Assembly (NCBI RefSeq): GCF_009914755.1
Contig: NC_060933.1
Length of the DNA stretch: 64,000 nucleotides
Origin: the human T2T-CHM13v2.0 reference genome, Homo sapiens
Strand: one strand, 5' to 3'
Shown piece by piece: positions 1 through 17,581 of the stretch. Below the pieces are notes generated by a model. It had not been told where the DNA came from and ran no database searches. It saw only the letters and a program-made list of their open reading frames with translations. Positions within the stretch are counted from its first letter, which is position 1; every line of letters starts with the position of its first letter. The translations under genes and the position numbers were made by a program.

Positions 1-45
1 TTTTTCTCTCTGTCTATGACCTATCTTTCATTTAAGAGATTTTCA

Positions 46-386
<341 letters not shown>

Positions 387-833
387 CTAATCCGTAAGTT
401 TTTTCTTTTACAAATCATGCTATTGATATTTTTTGTAAGAAAGCTTTGCCTTAATTAAGATAACACAGATATTCTCTTATGTTTTCTTCTGGAAGTTTTA
501 TAGTTTGGGGTTTTACATTTAGCTTTATGATTCCCTTTTAGTTAATTTTTGAATATGTGAATTAACCAGATGAGTGATGGGCTCTTTCTGAGCTTTTTAT
601 TCTGTTTTATTAATTTACTTGTCCATGTTAACAACAAGAACACACTGTCTTGATTACTGTATCTAGGGAAGAAGCCAGAAGTCAAATAGTGAAAGTTTTC
701 TAATTTTGTTTTTCCCTTACAAGTTTGTTTTAGACATTCTAGATCATTTGCATTTCTATATGCATTTTAGAATCAGCTTGTCAACTTCTAGAAAACAGTC
801 TGATGGAATTTTGTGTACAAATGCATTGAAACT

Positions 834-1158
<325 letters not shown>

Positions 1159-2349
1159 GAAATGCATTGAAACTACAGATCAATTCAAGGAGAGCTGACA
1201 TCTTAACAATAAGATGAGTCTTACAATCCATGAACATGGTATATCTATTTATTTGAGCATTCTTTAATTTTTTTTTTCAGTAATGTTTTGTAGTTTTCAG
1301 GTCTGGTGTATCTTTTGTAAGATTTACTCTTAAGTACCTTTTTATACTATGTAAATTGTGCTGTTTCTTTACTTACAATGAATGGGGTTTTTTGTTGCTA
1401 GTATTAATACATAGAAATAAAATTGACTTTTTATATTGATTTCTATATTGATTTTGAATAGCACATTATTATTAAGGTAAGAGTAGCAGTTCTAGCAGCA
1501 TTTTGGAGATTTGGTAGAATTTTCTATATAGAAAATCATATTGTTAGCTAATACTAACAGTTTTACTTCTTCATTTCCAATTTTGCTACCATGCGTTTCA
1601 TTCCTTTTTCCTTTTTTTTTTTTTTTTTTTTTGCCTTTTGCGAAGGCTTGACATTTTGAAAAAATTTTGAATAAAAGTAGTAAGACAGACATTTTTTACT
1701 TGCTTCTGATATTGGGGAGAAATATCAGTCTCTAAGTATTAAGTATGATGTTAGACATAGGTTTTTTATTAATCCCTTTACTAGGTTGAAAAAATTTGTT
1801 TCTATTTTGATTTTTGATTTTTGTCAAATGCCTTTTTGACATTTATTTAAATGATCATACAGTTTTCCTTTCTTAATCTATCAACATGGAAGATTACATC
1901 TACTGTTTTTTGAATATTAAACCAGCCTTGTTGTACTCATGGATTAAGAAATATTTGATCACGTCTTTTCAGGAGGCACAGCAAGATAGCCAAATAGAGG
2001 ACTTCACTGATCATCCTCCCTAAAGGAACACCAAATCAAACAACTATCTATGCAAAAAGCAGCTTTGTAAGAACCAAAAATTAGGTGAGTGATCACAGTA
2101 CCTGTTTTTAATTTTATATCCTTGACAGAGATGCTGAAAAGAGTAGAAAAGATAGTCTTGAATTACCAATGCCCCCCTCCCCCATCCTCCAGCAGCAGCC
2201 ATGTGGCACAGAGAGAATCTGTGTGCTTGGGAGAGAGAAAGTGCAGTGACTGTGGGACTTTCCATTAAAACACAGTTCAGCTCTATGACAGCAGAAAGCA
2301 CACTGGGCAGCACTCAGCCAGCACCTATAGAAGGAGAATTTGGACTGCC

Positions 2350-3600
2350 TTAACCAGAGGGGAATTGCCCATCCCAACAGTTGGAACGTGAGTTCTGGCA
2401 AGCCTCACCTCTGTGGACTAAAGTTCTCTGGGTCCTAAATAAACTTGCAAGGCAATCTAGGCCATAAGGACTATAATTCCTGGGCAAGTCCTGATACTGT
2501 GCTGGGTTCAGAGCCAGTGGACTTGGGGGCACATGATGTAGTGAGACACCAGCTGGAGAGGCAAAGAGAATGCTCCAGGCAGTACAGCTCGCAGCTCTGG
2601 GAGATATTCCTTTACTCTGCTTGAGGAGAGAAGAGGGAAGAGTAAAGAGAACTTTGTCTTGCAACTTGGATGCCAGCTCAGCCATAATATGATAGGGCAC
2701 CAGGCAGAGTCCTGAGGCCTCCATTCCAGGCTCTAGCTCCTGAACATTTCTAGACACATGTTGGGCCAGAAGAGAGCCCACTGTCTTGAAGGGAAGGGCC
2801 CAGTCCCAACAGGATTCATCACCTGTGCACTAAAGAGCCCTTTGGCCCTGGATAATTGGCAGTGATACCTAGGCAGTACTCATCATGGGCTTTGGATGAG
2901 ACTCAGAAATGTGTTGACTTTAGGCATGACCACCACATTCCCAGCTGTTGTGACTATGGGGAGAGATTCCTGCTGCTTGAGAAAAAGAGAGGGAAGAGTA
3001 GAAAGGACTTTGTCTTGCAGCTTAGGTAGAAGCTCAGCCACAGTGGAGTAGAAGACTGAGTGAGCTCCTGGGGTCTCTGATTTCAGGCCTTGGCTCTTGG
3101 ATGGAATTTCTAGACCTGGCCTGGGAGCCCACAGCCTTCAAGGGAGAGTCCTAGAACTGGCAGCATTCACCTCAAGCTGATTAAAAAGCACTTGAGCCTT
3201 GAGAGTGAACATTCGTGGTGGCCAGGCAGTACTCATTGCAGGTCTGGGGTAGTGGTGGCCACAGGGGGAGACTCTTCTGCTTATGAAAAGAGGAGAGAAG
3301 AGTGGGAAGGACTTTGTCTTGTGGCTTGGATGCCAGCTCAGCTGCAGTAGAATAGAGTACCAAGTAGATTCCTAAGGTTTCTGACTACAGACCCTGGCTC
3401 CAAGATAACATCTCTAGACCTTCCCAAGGCCAGAGGGAACTTGCCATCCTGAAGGGAAGGAAACAAGCCTGGATTGCTTTGCCATCTACTGATGTAGAGC
3501 TCTAGAGCCTTGAGTGAACATAGGCAGTAGCCAGGCAGGGATTATCACAGGCATTGGGTGAGATCCAATGTTATGCTGGCTTCAGATCTGACCCAGCATA
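2350..3600 (+). repeat. Diverged ~300-350-bp tandem units in the L1 5'UTR
   Basis: Anchor actttgtcttg...gctcagc recurs at 2651, 3007 and 3311. Confidence 0.75.
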
Positions 3601-3999
3601 GTCCCAGTGGTGGCAACAGGAGTGTTTGTGTCACTCCTCCCCCAGCTCCAGGGAGCTCAGCACAGAGAGAGAGACTTTGTTTGTTTGGGACAAAGTAAAA
3701 GAAGAGAACAAGAGACTCTGCCTGGTAATCCAGAGAATTCTTCTGGATATTATCCAAGACCACCAAGGCAGTACCTCTACAAGTCTGCAAGAACCGCAGC
3801 ATTACTGGGTTTGGGGTGCCCAGATATGGGTATAGTGACCAAAAACATAGATTACATAACACAAGTCCCTTTGAATACCTAGAACGCCTTCCCAAGGACT
3901 GGTACAAACAAGCCCAGACTACAAAGACTACAATAAATACTTAACTCTTCAATGCCCAGATACTGACAAACATCCACAAGCATGACCATCCAAGAAAAC

Positions 4000-4900
4000 A
4001 TGACCTCATCAAACAAACTCAATAAGGCACCAGTAACCAATTCCAGAAAGACAGAGGTATGCAACCTTTCAGACAGAATTCAAAATAGCTGTTATAAGAT
4101 AACTTAGTGAAAGTTAAGATAACACAGAAAAGGAATTCAGAATCCTATCAGATAAATTTAACAAAGAGATTGAAATAATTAAGCAGAAATTCTGGTGTTG
4201 AAAAATGCAATTGACATACTGAAGAATGCATCAGCGTCTCTTAACAGCAGAGTTGATTAAGCAGAAGAAAGAATTAGTGAGCTTGAAGACAGCCTATTTG
4301 AAGATACACAGTCAGAAGAGACAAAAGAAAAAAATAAAAAGAAATGTTGCACACCTACGGGATCTAGAAAATATCTCTAAAGTTTAAATCTAAGAGTTAT
4401 TGGCCTTAAAGAGAAGGTAAAGAGAGAGATCAGAGTAGGAAGTTTATTCAAAAGGATAATAACAGAGAATTTCCCAAACCTAGAGAAAGAAATCAATACT
4501 CAAGTAAAATAAAGTTATACAACCAAGCAGATTAAACCCAAATAAGACTACCTCAAGACATTTAATAATCATACTCCCAAAAGTCAAGGGTAAAGAAAGA
4601 ATCATAAAAGCAGCAAAAGAAAAGAAGCAATTAACATACAACAGAGCTCCAAAACATCTGGCAGCAGACTTTTTTAGTAGAAACCTTAGAGGCCAGGAGA
4701 GAGTGGCATGACATATTTTAAGTGCTAAAGGAAAATAACTTTTGTCCTAGAAGAATATATGCAGTGAAAATTTCCTTTAGACATGAAGGAAAAAAAAGAC
4801 TTTCCCAGACAAACAAAAGGTGATGAATTTTATCAACATCAGACCTGTCTTACAAGAAATGCTAAAAAGAGGTCTTCGATCTGAAAAAAAAGGACATTAA
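4000..4900 (+). pseudogene. L1 ORF1 remnant (disrupted)
   Basis: ATG at 4000; ORF1-like coiled-coil/RRM region (gcagaagaaagaattagtgagcttgaagacag; gagaatttcccaaacctagag) with stops and frameshifts. Confidence 0.75.
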
Positions 4901-7900
4901 TGAGCAATAAGAAATCATCTGAAGGTGCAAAACTCACTGGTAATAGTAAGTACACAGAAAAGCATGGAATATGATAACACTATAATGTGGTGTGTCTACT
5001 ACTCACATCATGAGTAAAAAGAGTAAAAGATGAACTGATCAAAAATAATAATTACAACAGCTTTTCAAGACATAGTACAATAAGATAGAAATAGAAACAA
5101 CAAAAAGTTAAAAAGCAGAGAGACAAAGTTATAGTGTACAGTTTTTATCAGTTTTCTCTTTGCTGGTTAGTTTGTTCATGCAATCAGTGTTAAGTTGTCA
5201 TCAGTTTAAAATAATTGGTTATAAGATATTATTTGCAGGCCTCATGGTAACCTCAAATAAAAAAACATGCCACAGAAATTCTAGCTGGCTCTTTAAGGGA
5301 AAAAAAAGGAAAGAAAACATACAACAGATACACAGAAAATAAAAACAAGAAATTAAAATATACCACTAGAGGAAAATCACCTTCACTGAAAGAAAGACAG
5401 GAAGGAAGGAAAGAAGGAAGAACATAAAACAACCATAAAACAAATAAAATGGCAAGAGTAAGTTCTTGCTTATCAATAATAATATTGAATGTAAATGAAT
5501 TAAATTCTCCAATCAAAAGACATAGTGACAGAATAGATTTAAAAAAAAAAAAAAGACCCAGTGATCTGTTGCCTGCTAGAAACATACTTCACCTATAAAG
5601 ACACACATAGACTGAAAAGAAAGGGATGAAAAGACATTCCATGCAAAAGGAAACCAAAAAAAGATAAAGAGTTAACTATATTTATATCAGACAAAATAGA
5701 TTTCAAGACAAAAACTATAAAAAAAGAAAAAGAAGGTCATCATATAATGATAAAGCAGTCAATTCAGCAAGAAAATATCACAATTGTAAATATATGCACC
5801 CAACAGTGGAGCACCCTGATATACAAAGTAAATGTTATTAGAGCTAAAGAGAGAGAGAGAGCCCCAGTATGATTATAGCCAGACATTTCAACACCCCACT
5901 TTCAGTATTAGACAGATCATTTAGACAGAAAATCAATAAAAAAACATCAGACTTAATCTACGCTATGGACCTTATGAATCTTATATGGACCTTATGCATC
6001 TACCCTGTGGACCTTATACATATTTAAAAAACACTTTAATGATTGCAGAATATACATTCTTCTCAGCACATGGATCATACTCAAGGATAGACCATAAGTT
6101 AGGTCACAAAACCAGTTTTGAAAAATTCAAAAAAATTGAAATTATATCAAATATTTTCTCTGATCACAATTAAATAAAACTAGAAATCAATAACAAGAGG
6201 AATTTTTTAAACTACACAAACAAGTGGAAACTAACCAATATGCTCCTGAATGACCAGTGGTCAATGAAGAAATTAAGAAGAAAATTGAAAAATTGATTGA
6301 AACAAATTATAATGGAAACACAACCTTTCAAAACCAGTGGAAGATAGCAAAAGCAGTACTAAAGGAAAAAGTTCACAGCTATAACTGTGAAAGGTACATC
6401 AAAAAGGTAGAAAGACCTCAAATAAACGACCTCACAATTCATCTTAAAGAACTAGAAAAGAAAGAGCAAACCAAAAAATTTGTAGGATAGAAATAATGAA
6501 GATCAGAGAAATAAATATAATTGAAACAAACAATACAAAAGATCAAGGAAACAAAAGCTGTTTTTTATAGACAAAATTAACAAACCTTTAGCTAGACTAA
6601 GAAAAAAAGGGAGAAGACCCAAATAAATAAAATCAGAGATGATAAGTAAACATTACAACCAAGCCCTCAGGACATTAAAGATCATTAGATCAACATCATT
6701 AGATCTTTAAAGTTGGCAACTATATGCCAATAAATTAGAAAAACTAAAAGAAATGGATAAATTCCTAGACACATGCAACCTACCAAGATTGAACCATGAA
6801 GAAATCCAAAATCTGAACAGGTCAATAATGAGAAACAAGATCAAAGCTGTAATAAAAAGTCTACCAGCAAAGAAAAAGCCAGGACCCAATGGCTTCACTG
6901 CTGATTTTTACCAAACATTTAAAGAACTAATACCAATCCTACTCAAACTATTTTGAAAAATGGAGGAGGAAGTAATACCTCCAGACGCATTATATGAGGC
7001 CAGTATTATCTTGATAGCAAAACCAGACAAACACAATAATAATAATAATAAACAACTACAGGCCAATATCCCTGATGAACTTTGATACAAAAATTCTCAG
7101 CAAAATACTAGTAAGCCAAATTCAACAATGCATTAAAAATATCATCCATCATGACCAAATGGGATTTATCCCAGGGACACAAGGATGGTTCAACATATGC
7201 AAATCAATCAATGTAATACATCATATCAACAGAATGAAGGACAAAAACAATACAATCATTTCAATTGATGCTGAAAAACTATTTGATAAAATTCAACATC
7301 CCTTCATGATAAAAACCCTCAAAAAACTGGGTATAGAAGGAACATACTTCAACATAATAAAAGCCATATACAACAGACCCACAGCTAGTATCATACTGAA
7401 TGAGGAAAAACTGAAAACCTTTCCTCTAAGATCTGGAACATGACAAGAATGACCACTTTCACCACTGTTATTTAACACAGTGCTGGAAGTCCTTGCCAGA
7501 GCAATCAGACAAGAGAAGTAAATAAAGGGCATCCCAACAAGTAAGGAAAAAGTTAAATTATTCTTGTTTGCAGATGACTTGATCTTATATTTGGAAAAAC
7601 CTGAAGACTTCACAGGAAAACTATTAGAACTGATAAACAAATACAGTAAAGTTGCAGGATACAAAGTCAACACACAAAAAATAGTAGCATTTTTATATGC
7701 CAACAGTGAACAATGTGAAAAAGAAATTTTAAAAGTAATGCCATTTACAATAGCCACACATAAAATTAAATACCTAGGAATTAATCAAAGAAGTGAAAGA
7801 TCTCTATAATGAAAACTATAAAACACTGATGAAAGAAATTGAAGAGGACACCAAAAAATGGAAAAATATTTCATGTTAGTGTATTGAAAGAATCAACATT

Positions 7901-8756
7901 GTTAAAATGTCTGTACTATCCCAAGCAATCTACACATTCAATGCAATCCCTAGCAAAATATCAACGACATTCATCACAGAAATAGAAAATACAATCCTAA
8001 AATGTATATGGAATGAAGAAAGACCCAGAATAGCCAACACTATCCTAAGCAAAAAGACCAAAGCTGAAACAATCACATTACCTGACTTCAAATTATACTA
8101 CAGAGCTATAGCAACCAAAACAGCATGGTACTGGCATAAAAACAGACACATAGACCAATGGGGTGGAATAGGGAAGAACCCAGAAACAAATCCACACACC
8201 TACAGTGGACTCATTTTCAACAAAGGTGCCAAGAACACAAGCTGGGGAAAAGACAGTATCTTCAATAAATAGTGCTGGGAAAACTGGATATCCATATGCA
8301 GAAGAGTGAAACTAGACCCCTATCCCTCACCATATACAAAAAATCAAATCAAGTCTTAGATTTAAGTCTTCAATCCATTAGTTCCTTCAAACTAAAAGAC
8401 ACAACTGAAAGAAAACATTTGGGAAACTCTCCAGGACATTGGAGACTTCTTGGATAATACTTCACAAGCACAGGCAACCAAAGCAAAAATGGACATATGG
8501 GATCACATCAAGTTAAAAAGCTCCCACACAACAAAGGAAATAATCAACAAGGTGAAGAGACAACCCACAGAATGGGAAAAAATATTTGCAAACTATGTAT
8601 CTGACAAGGGACTAATAACTAGAATATATGAGGAGCTCAAACAATTCTTAGGAATAAAATCTAATAATCAAATTTTTAAAAGGGGCAAAAGATCTGAATA
8701 GACATTTTTCAAAAGAAGACATGCAAATGTCAAACAGGTATATTAAAAGGTGCTCA

Positions 8757-9642
<886 letters not shown>

Positions 9643-10279
9643 TCAAAGAGAGATCTGAACTTCCATGTTATTGCAGCACTATTCACAATAGCCAGCATTT
9701 GGAAGCAACCCAAGTGTCCATCAACAGACGAATGGACAAAGAAAAGGTGGTGCATAGACACAACGGAGTACTCTGCAGCCACAAAAAAGAATATACTGTC
9801 ATGTGATTTGCAACAATGTGGATTGAACTGGAGGTCATTATGTTAAGTGAAATAAACCAAACACAGAAAAACAAACTTTACATGCTCTCACTTATTTGTG
9901 GGAGCTAAAACTTAAAACAAACTCATGCAGATAACGAGTAGAATGATGGTTACCAGAAGTTGGGAAAAGTAGTAGCAGGGGAGATGGGGGAATGGTTAAT
10001 GAGTACAAAAATATAGTTAGAATGAATAAAGTCTAGTATTTGATAGCACAACAGGGTGACTACAGTCAATGATAATTTGTCATACATTTTTAAAGAACCA
10101 AGAATATAATTGGACTGTTTGTAACACAAAGAATAACTGCTTGAGATGAAAGATACTTCATTTACCCTGATGTGATTATTATGTATTGTATGCCTGTATC
10201 AAAATATTTCTTGTACCTCGTAAGTATATATACCTAGTATGAACCAACAAAAATTAAAAATAAATTTAAAAAAATGTTT

Positions 10280-11810
10280 TGATTAACATATATTATCCTT
10301 TTTATGTACTGTTGGAATTGATCTGTTAAAATTTTGTAGAAAACTGTTTTTGGTTTGTAGTTTTCCTTTCTTGAAATTTCTGTGTTTAGTTTTTGGCATC
10401 AGATTAATGCTAGCCTTATAGAATTAGTTGGGAAGTAGACTCCTCTTTTTAATTTTCTATAAGAGTTTGTTTAGAACTGATATTTATTTCTTAAATGATT
10501 GGCAGAATTTACAAGTGAAGACTTCAGGCTTGGAGCTCCCTTCAAGGGAAGATTTTTTAACTAAATATTTAATTACTTTAACAAACAGAGGTCTATTCAA
10601 GATAATCTATTTCTTTTTAATTAAGCTATGTGAGAATGTGTCTTTGAATAAATCTGTCCCTTTCATCTAAGTTGTCAAATACTCTTGACAAAAAGCTGTT
10701 AATGATATTACCTTATTAGGCTTTTAATACCAATAAATTCTTTAAAATTCTAATGTTGGTAATTTCTGTCCTCTCTCACTCCTTTATTTGTTTGTTTTCT
10801 AATTATTCTGTTTAGAGATTTATCAATATCTTCTCAAAGAGCCAGCTTTGGGGTTTATTGATTTTCTCTAATTTTTTGGCTTTCTATTTCAATGATTTAT
10901 AGTCCGGTCTTATTTCTTTTTTCTGCATAATTGAGTTTAACTTGCTCTTCTTTTTTTCTAGATTCTAAAGATGGAATCTGAGGTCATTGATTTGAGACCT
11001 TTTTTGCTAATGTAATTACGGTGTGCTATAATTTTCCCTCTAAGTACTGCTTTAGCTGTGTTCCATAAATTTTAATGTTTTGTTTTTATCTTCATTCAGG
11101 TCAAAATACTTTTCAATTCCCCTTTTGATATCTTCTTTAACTAATGAATTGTTTAAAAATGTATTGTTTAGTTTCCAAATACTTGGAACTAGTTGGGACA
11201 ATTAGTATTCTAATATCTTCTTTCTGAGTTTGCTTTCTAATTTCATTTCATTTTAGTAAAAGAACATACTTTGTATGACATGAATCCTTCAAATTTTTTG
11301 AGACTTGTTTTATGGCTCAGAATATGGTCTAACTTGGTGAGTGTTCTGTCTACACTTGAAAAAAAGAAATGTGTTCTGTCATTGAGTGAAGGCAGCAGCT
11401 ACTGACATGATAAGGTGTCAATGAGAAAAAGTTGGGTAATAGTGTTGTTCAAGTGTTCTGTAACCTTACTAATTTTCCGTCTGTTTGTGCTACCAATTAT
11501 TAAGAGAGAGATTGTGGATTTTTCTTTATCTTTACAGTTATATCAGATTTTGCTTTAAGTATTTAAAGCTTTAGTCTTTGGTGCCTAAATGTTTAGAGCT
11601 GGTTGTCCTCTTGATGAATTGACACCTTTACCATTATGCAATGACTATGTTTATCTTAGTATCAATGGGAATATTCTTTACTTTATAGTATACTTTGATA
11701 TCGATTTAGTCACTACCGGGTTTGTTTGCTTGTTTTTTAACTAGCATTAGCATTGCATTTCTTTTTTCATTTTGACTTTTAACTTATTTGTATTTTTACT
11801 TTCAAATGCA
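10280..11810 (-). mobile_element. Continuation of old antisense L1M
   Basis: L1 ORF2 antisense motifs (tttgtagttttcctttcttg, tgttttatggctcagaatatggtc). Confidence 0.7.
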
Positions 11811-12325
11811 TTAGACGGTTGTCTACAGTAGCTGTTGGGAACAGGCAGTTTTAATTCTGTGTGAATTCTGGGCATTATTTCCTCTAATCCTTCTAGGTAG
11901 CTCTTTCCCCAGCCAGTTTCCTCAAATGTATGCACTGATTAATACTAAACGGAATACTACAAATTTGCAGAATTTTCCCTACATAGCTCTTTCCTCTCTG
12001 GTACTCTGCCTTGTGAAATCTAACAACCTTGGCTTCCCCAGGCTTGAAGCTAAGTCTTCTCAACACAAGACCACTAGATTCTGCCTGGGTTCCCTCTTCC
12101 TACACTGCAGACTAGAAACTTTTTCCACACAATAAGTTGGGGCAATTGTAGGGCACCCTTCATTTGTCTCCCATTTCCAGGATCATTATCTTTCATTATC
12201 TGATACCCTATGTACTGAGTGCCCTTTTTAAAAAACATATTTTCGTCTGATGTTTTTGTTATTTCAAGCAGTAGGATAAGTCTAGTTCCTGTTATTTCAT
12301 CTTGAACAGAAGTAAAATCTCTCAA
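11810..12325 (-). mobile_element. Old L1M 5'-end-like fragment
   Basis: Resembles ancient L1M 5' region (ggataagtctagttcctgttatttcatcttgaacagaag). Confidence 0.4.
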
Positions 12326-12376
12326 TCTTCTTTTTAATATTTTCTAGAACATAGAGTCTCAGTTGCCAAGTAAATC

Positions 12377-13004
<628 letters not shown>

Positions 13005-14239
13005 ACGTTTTTAATTTTTGAAATTCTGAATGACTATAATGTATTAGCAACAAGTATAAAGTTTAAGACACACTGATACACTTCTGAATTCACAAATATG
13101 CTCTAAAATTTTTTCCCTTTAATCATATGAAGTATGTGTTTCAAATTCTGAGGCATTTTTTTGTTCATAGTACCAGTCTGATTATTTTCCTCATATAAGG
13201 AGTAAACTACATTGAACTGAAAGAAAAGAGTCTTTTCCTTTTTTTTATTTTTTTATTATTATTATTATTTTTTGGTTAACTAATGCAACAACTTTAAAAA
13301 TTAAATTTAACTTAAATTCAAACACAAAGAAATCAGTAATAATACCTCCCTGAGTTAGAAATACATTCAATTCTCTCTGGTCTTGATGCTTAAAAATTTG
13401 TGAGGTTTATAATTTTGATGAAGAAATGCCCTACACACTTTCAAGAACAAGTATGGAGACAGCTTAAGGAGGGCGTAGAAATTCGGTCTTTATCTCTTGG
13501 ATTTTCAGCATTTAGAGATGATGTATTCTTGCCTCAAATGACTCTACAGCTCTATACCCTGCACAATTTCTGGTGCTCAACGAACGCTGCCAAAAAAAAC
13601 AAGCAAACTTCCCTTTTGTTGCCCACCTTAAAAAAAAAAATCAATAAGAGCGCAATCTGAGCAAGCTTATGATTTTAATCAGTGTTGCCTAAGGTTTTAA
13701 TGTCAGGGCATCAGGCATTGGGCCAAAGAGATTAAATTCACCCAGGACCTCACAGCAATTGACTTGGTTTTTAAAACACAGCATTACATCAATGAGAATG
13801 CAGCCTTGGCTATATTTCGGATTTGTTCATCTTTTGTTGGTTTATTTTGGGAAGAAAGGTATTAGATTAAACAATGTCAAGAACATTCTTGAAGGGAAAA
13901 GGAATGCATAAACAGGCAACTCAGAGCTGCGGGACAGAAGGAGAGCGTGGGTGGCAGAAAAGCTGACCCTCCACACTTGCCTCCATGTTGGCAGGAGCAC
14001 CACGGGGACAGATCCAGACTCGGCTCAATGTTATCAGGCTCTGGGCTGTTTGAAACTCACCCAGCAACCATATAGACAGATGTGGAGGCACAGGAGAAGT
14101 TAGACATGGCCTAGGTCATGCAGGCAAATGGTATTGAAACAAGCCATGGGCAAGCCAGGCGCAGAGGAGAGAGATGGTCTCAGTAGCAAAGTTGGGGACA
14201 AGGATCTAGGCTGGCGGAGGAAAAGGCTCCACACTGCTG

Positions 14240-14350
14240 GGTCATTCCCTTTAGCAGCATTTGCCGCATCTCTCCTGGGGACCAGGCACTGTGCCCTTGA
14301 CTGGTGGCACAGATGAGTAGGAGTCAGTCCCTGCCTCAGGGAGGACACCA
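14240..14350 (-). mobile_element. L2 fragment
   Basis: ccaggcactgtgc...cagtccctgcctcaggagg, typical L2 3' region antisense. Confidence 0.45.
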
Positions 14351-14665
14351 CTAAGGGAGGGAATTTCTGGGAGACAACTGTACCCTCCGAGATCCAGTCA
14401 CCTATTGTTGGTGTAAGGAAATGCAGTGTGAAGCTGCAGGCACCAACAGAAAAATCCGTCGTGGGTTTTGAGGGCATGTCTCCCTGGCATTTCTCCTGTT
14501 CTGAAAAGTCGGTACTCCATTCCCCAAGCCGTATGCTTTCTTCTTTGACCCTGTCTCTCTCTTTCTCTTTCACACTTACATGCACACACACACACAAGCA
14601 TACCCCACCATCCAAAAGAGTCATAAACAACTAGCTCTGATAAAAGAGGAGATCTCCAAAAGTAG

Positions 14666-15053
<388 letters not shown>

Positions 15054-15399
15054 CAAGTACACTTTTTAAAAGAATGAAATTTACTAAGTAAGTTGGAGGA
15101 GGAGAGTTGGGAGAGCAAGGAACGGAGAGGAAGCTATGTGGTCAAAGGCTCCATGGTGTGGAAAGGCCTAGAGCATCCTGCAGGACGGAAGCCTTCAGGT
15201 GGCAGGGAATGGCTGGCAAAGAGCTGGGAGGTGGGGTGGGCTCTGGGTGGCCTCAGGCCTCACGGGCTTATGAGGCCTGGGGCTTCTTCATCCCAGGAGG
15301 AATGAGGTGCTGGAAAGTGCCCTCCTGAGCTTTTGAAAGCCGGTTACATGGAGAACAGTGTGTCACATAGGGAGTGACAGAAAGTAAGAAAATCAATTA

Positions 15400-15747
<348 letters not shown>

Positions 15748-15959
15748 TCACATTCCAGAATATTTCTGGCATGAGAATTTTATAAGCGCATGGAATTAGA
15801 ACTCACATACTGATGTTCATACACTAACAGAATTAGATTATCTACATGGATTCCCTCTCATTCCTTCCAACCCCACCTCCCACAGAGAAAATGTTTTGTT
15901 TACTGTAGCTTTAAATTGTTCAGAAATTTTACATCTTTACTTTTCACAACACCTAGCAG

Positions 15960-16170
15960 GGATGCGGGCAGAGAGAAAGTGGTTAATAGATAACGTCGCC
16001 CTTAGAGAAAGGCAACACTGGATAAAATATAACTACGTGACCTGCTCTTGCTCCCTGTACGTGCAAATGGCGCAGTCCCCTCAAGCGCTGTTAATGAAAT
16101 CAGGGAGTGGCACAAGGGCCGTAACCTCCAGGCGGGGAAGGGACCCAACCCACTGAGTGCATTCCCGAGA
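15960..16170. promoter_or_regulatory. Candidate enhancer (CpG-retaining unique sequence)
   Basis: About 10 CpGs in 210 bp; two TACGTG (16034, 16058); HNF1-like gttaatagataac 15982-15994. Confidence 0.35.
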
Positions 16171-16519
16171 GACAGAGCCTCCTCTGCTGGGTCCCCATAG
16201 CTGGAAATAAAAAGAGATAAAACCAAGCATGAATAATGAGCCTGTCATTCAGGTGTTAGCCTCCACTTTGAAAATTCACTGAAACTATTTCCAAGATAAG
16301 AACTGAAAGCCTGAGCTGAGTGCCTCCTCTGCCTTGAACAACTGCGAGGGAATCTAGAGCGGGGGTCCCCTTCCATGAAAGATTACAATTACTCCCACAC
16401 CTGTGTTTTGCAGGTGGTTTTCAAGAGGGCAGCAAGTGAAAAAATACAATGGGTGAGATGATATGTAAATATAAAATATTAACAAATACACCTAACACAG
16501 TATTTGACTTTAACAATTA

Positions 16520-17225
<706 letters not shown>

Positions 17226-17581
17226 TAACATGACATCTTATTTTCTGGGTTCTTCTCACTTCCTTCTCTACTTTGTCTCTGAGTCCATTTTTACATCTCT
17301 GAAAATCATTCCGAGGCACTGAGCGATTGTCTGAGGATGTCTGCTACTGTTTTTCACAGCCATCTGCCATCTTTGCTGGCTCTTCATGTTTTCCCTGGAC
17401 TCTTTTTACCTTGTCTTAGAACTCATCTGAGCCTCAGGGTCTACTTGAGATAGAAACGAGGTGTCTTAGGACAAGCTCTACCCAAGGAAGGAATTCAGGC
17501 CACAAGGAGGCTCTGAATGTCCCAGCCTGCTCATCCCTGGGTGAACACAGCTCTGGCTATGATTCAGAGCTCTCCTGAAAG

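Noticed and set aside
14100-14630. 176-aa minus-strand ORF
   Set aside because: Spans CA/CT microsatellite and L2 remnant; no recognisable domain; likely chance.
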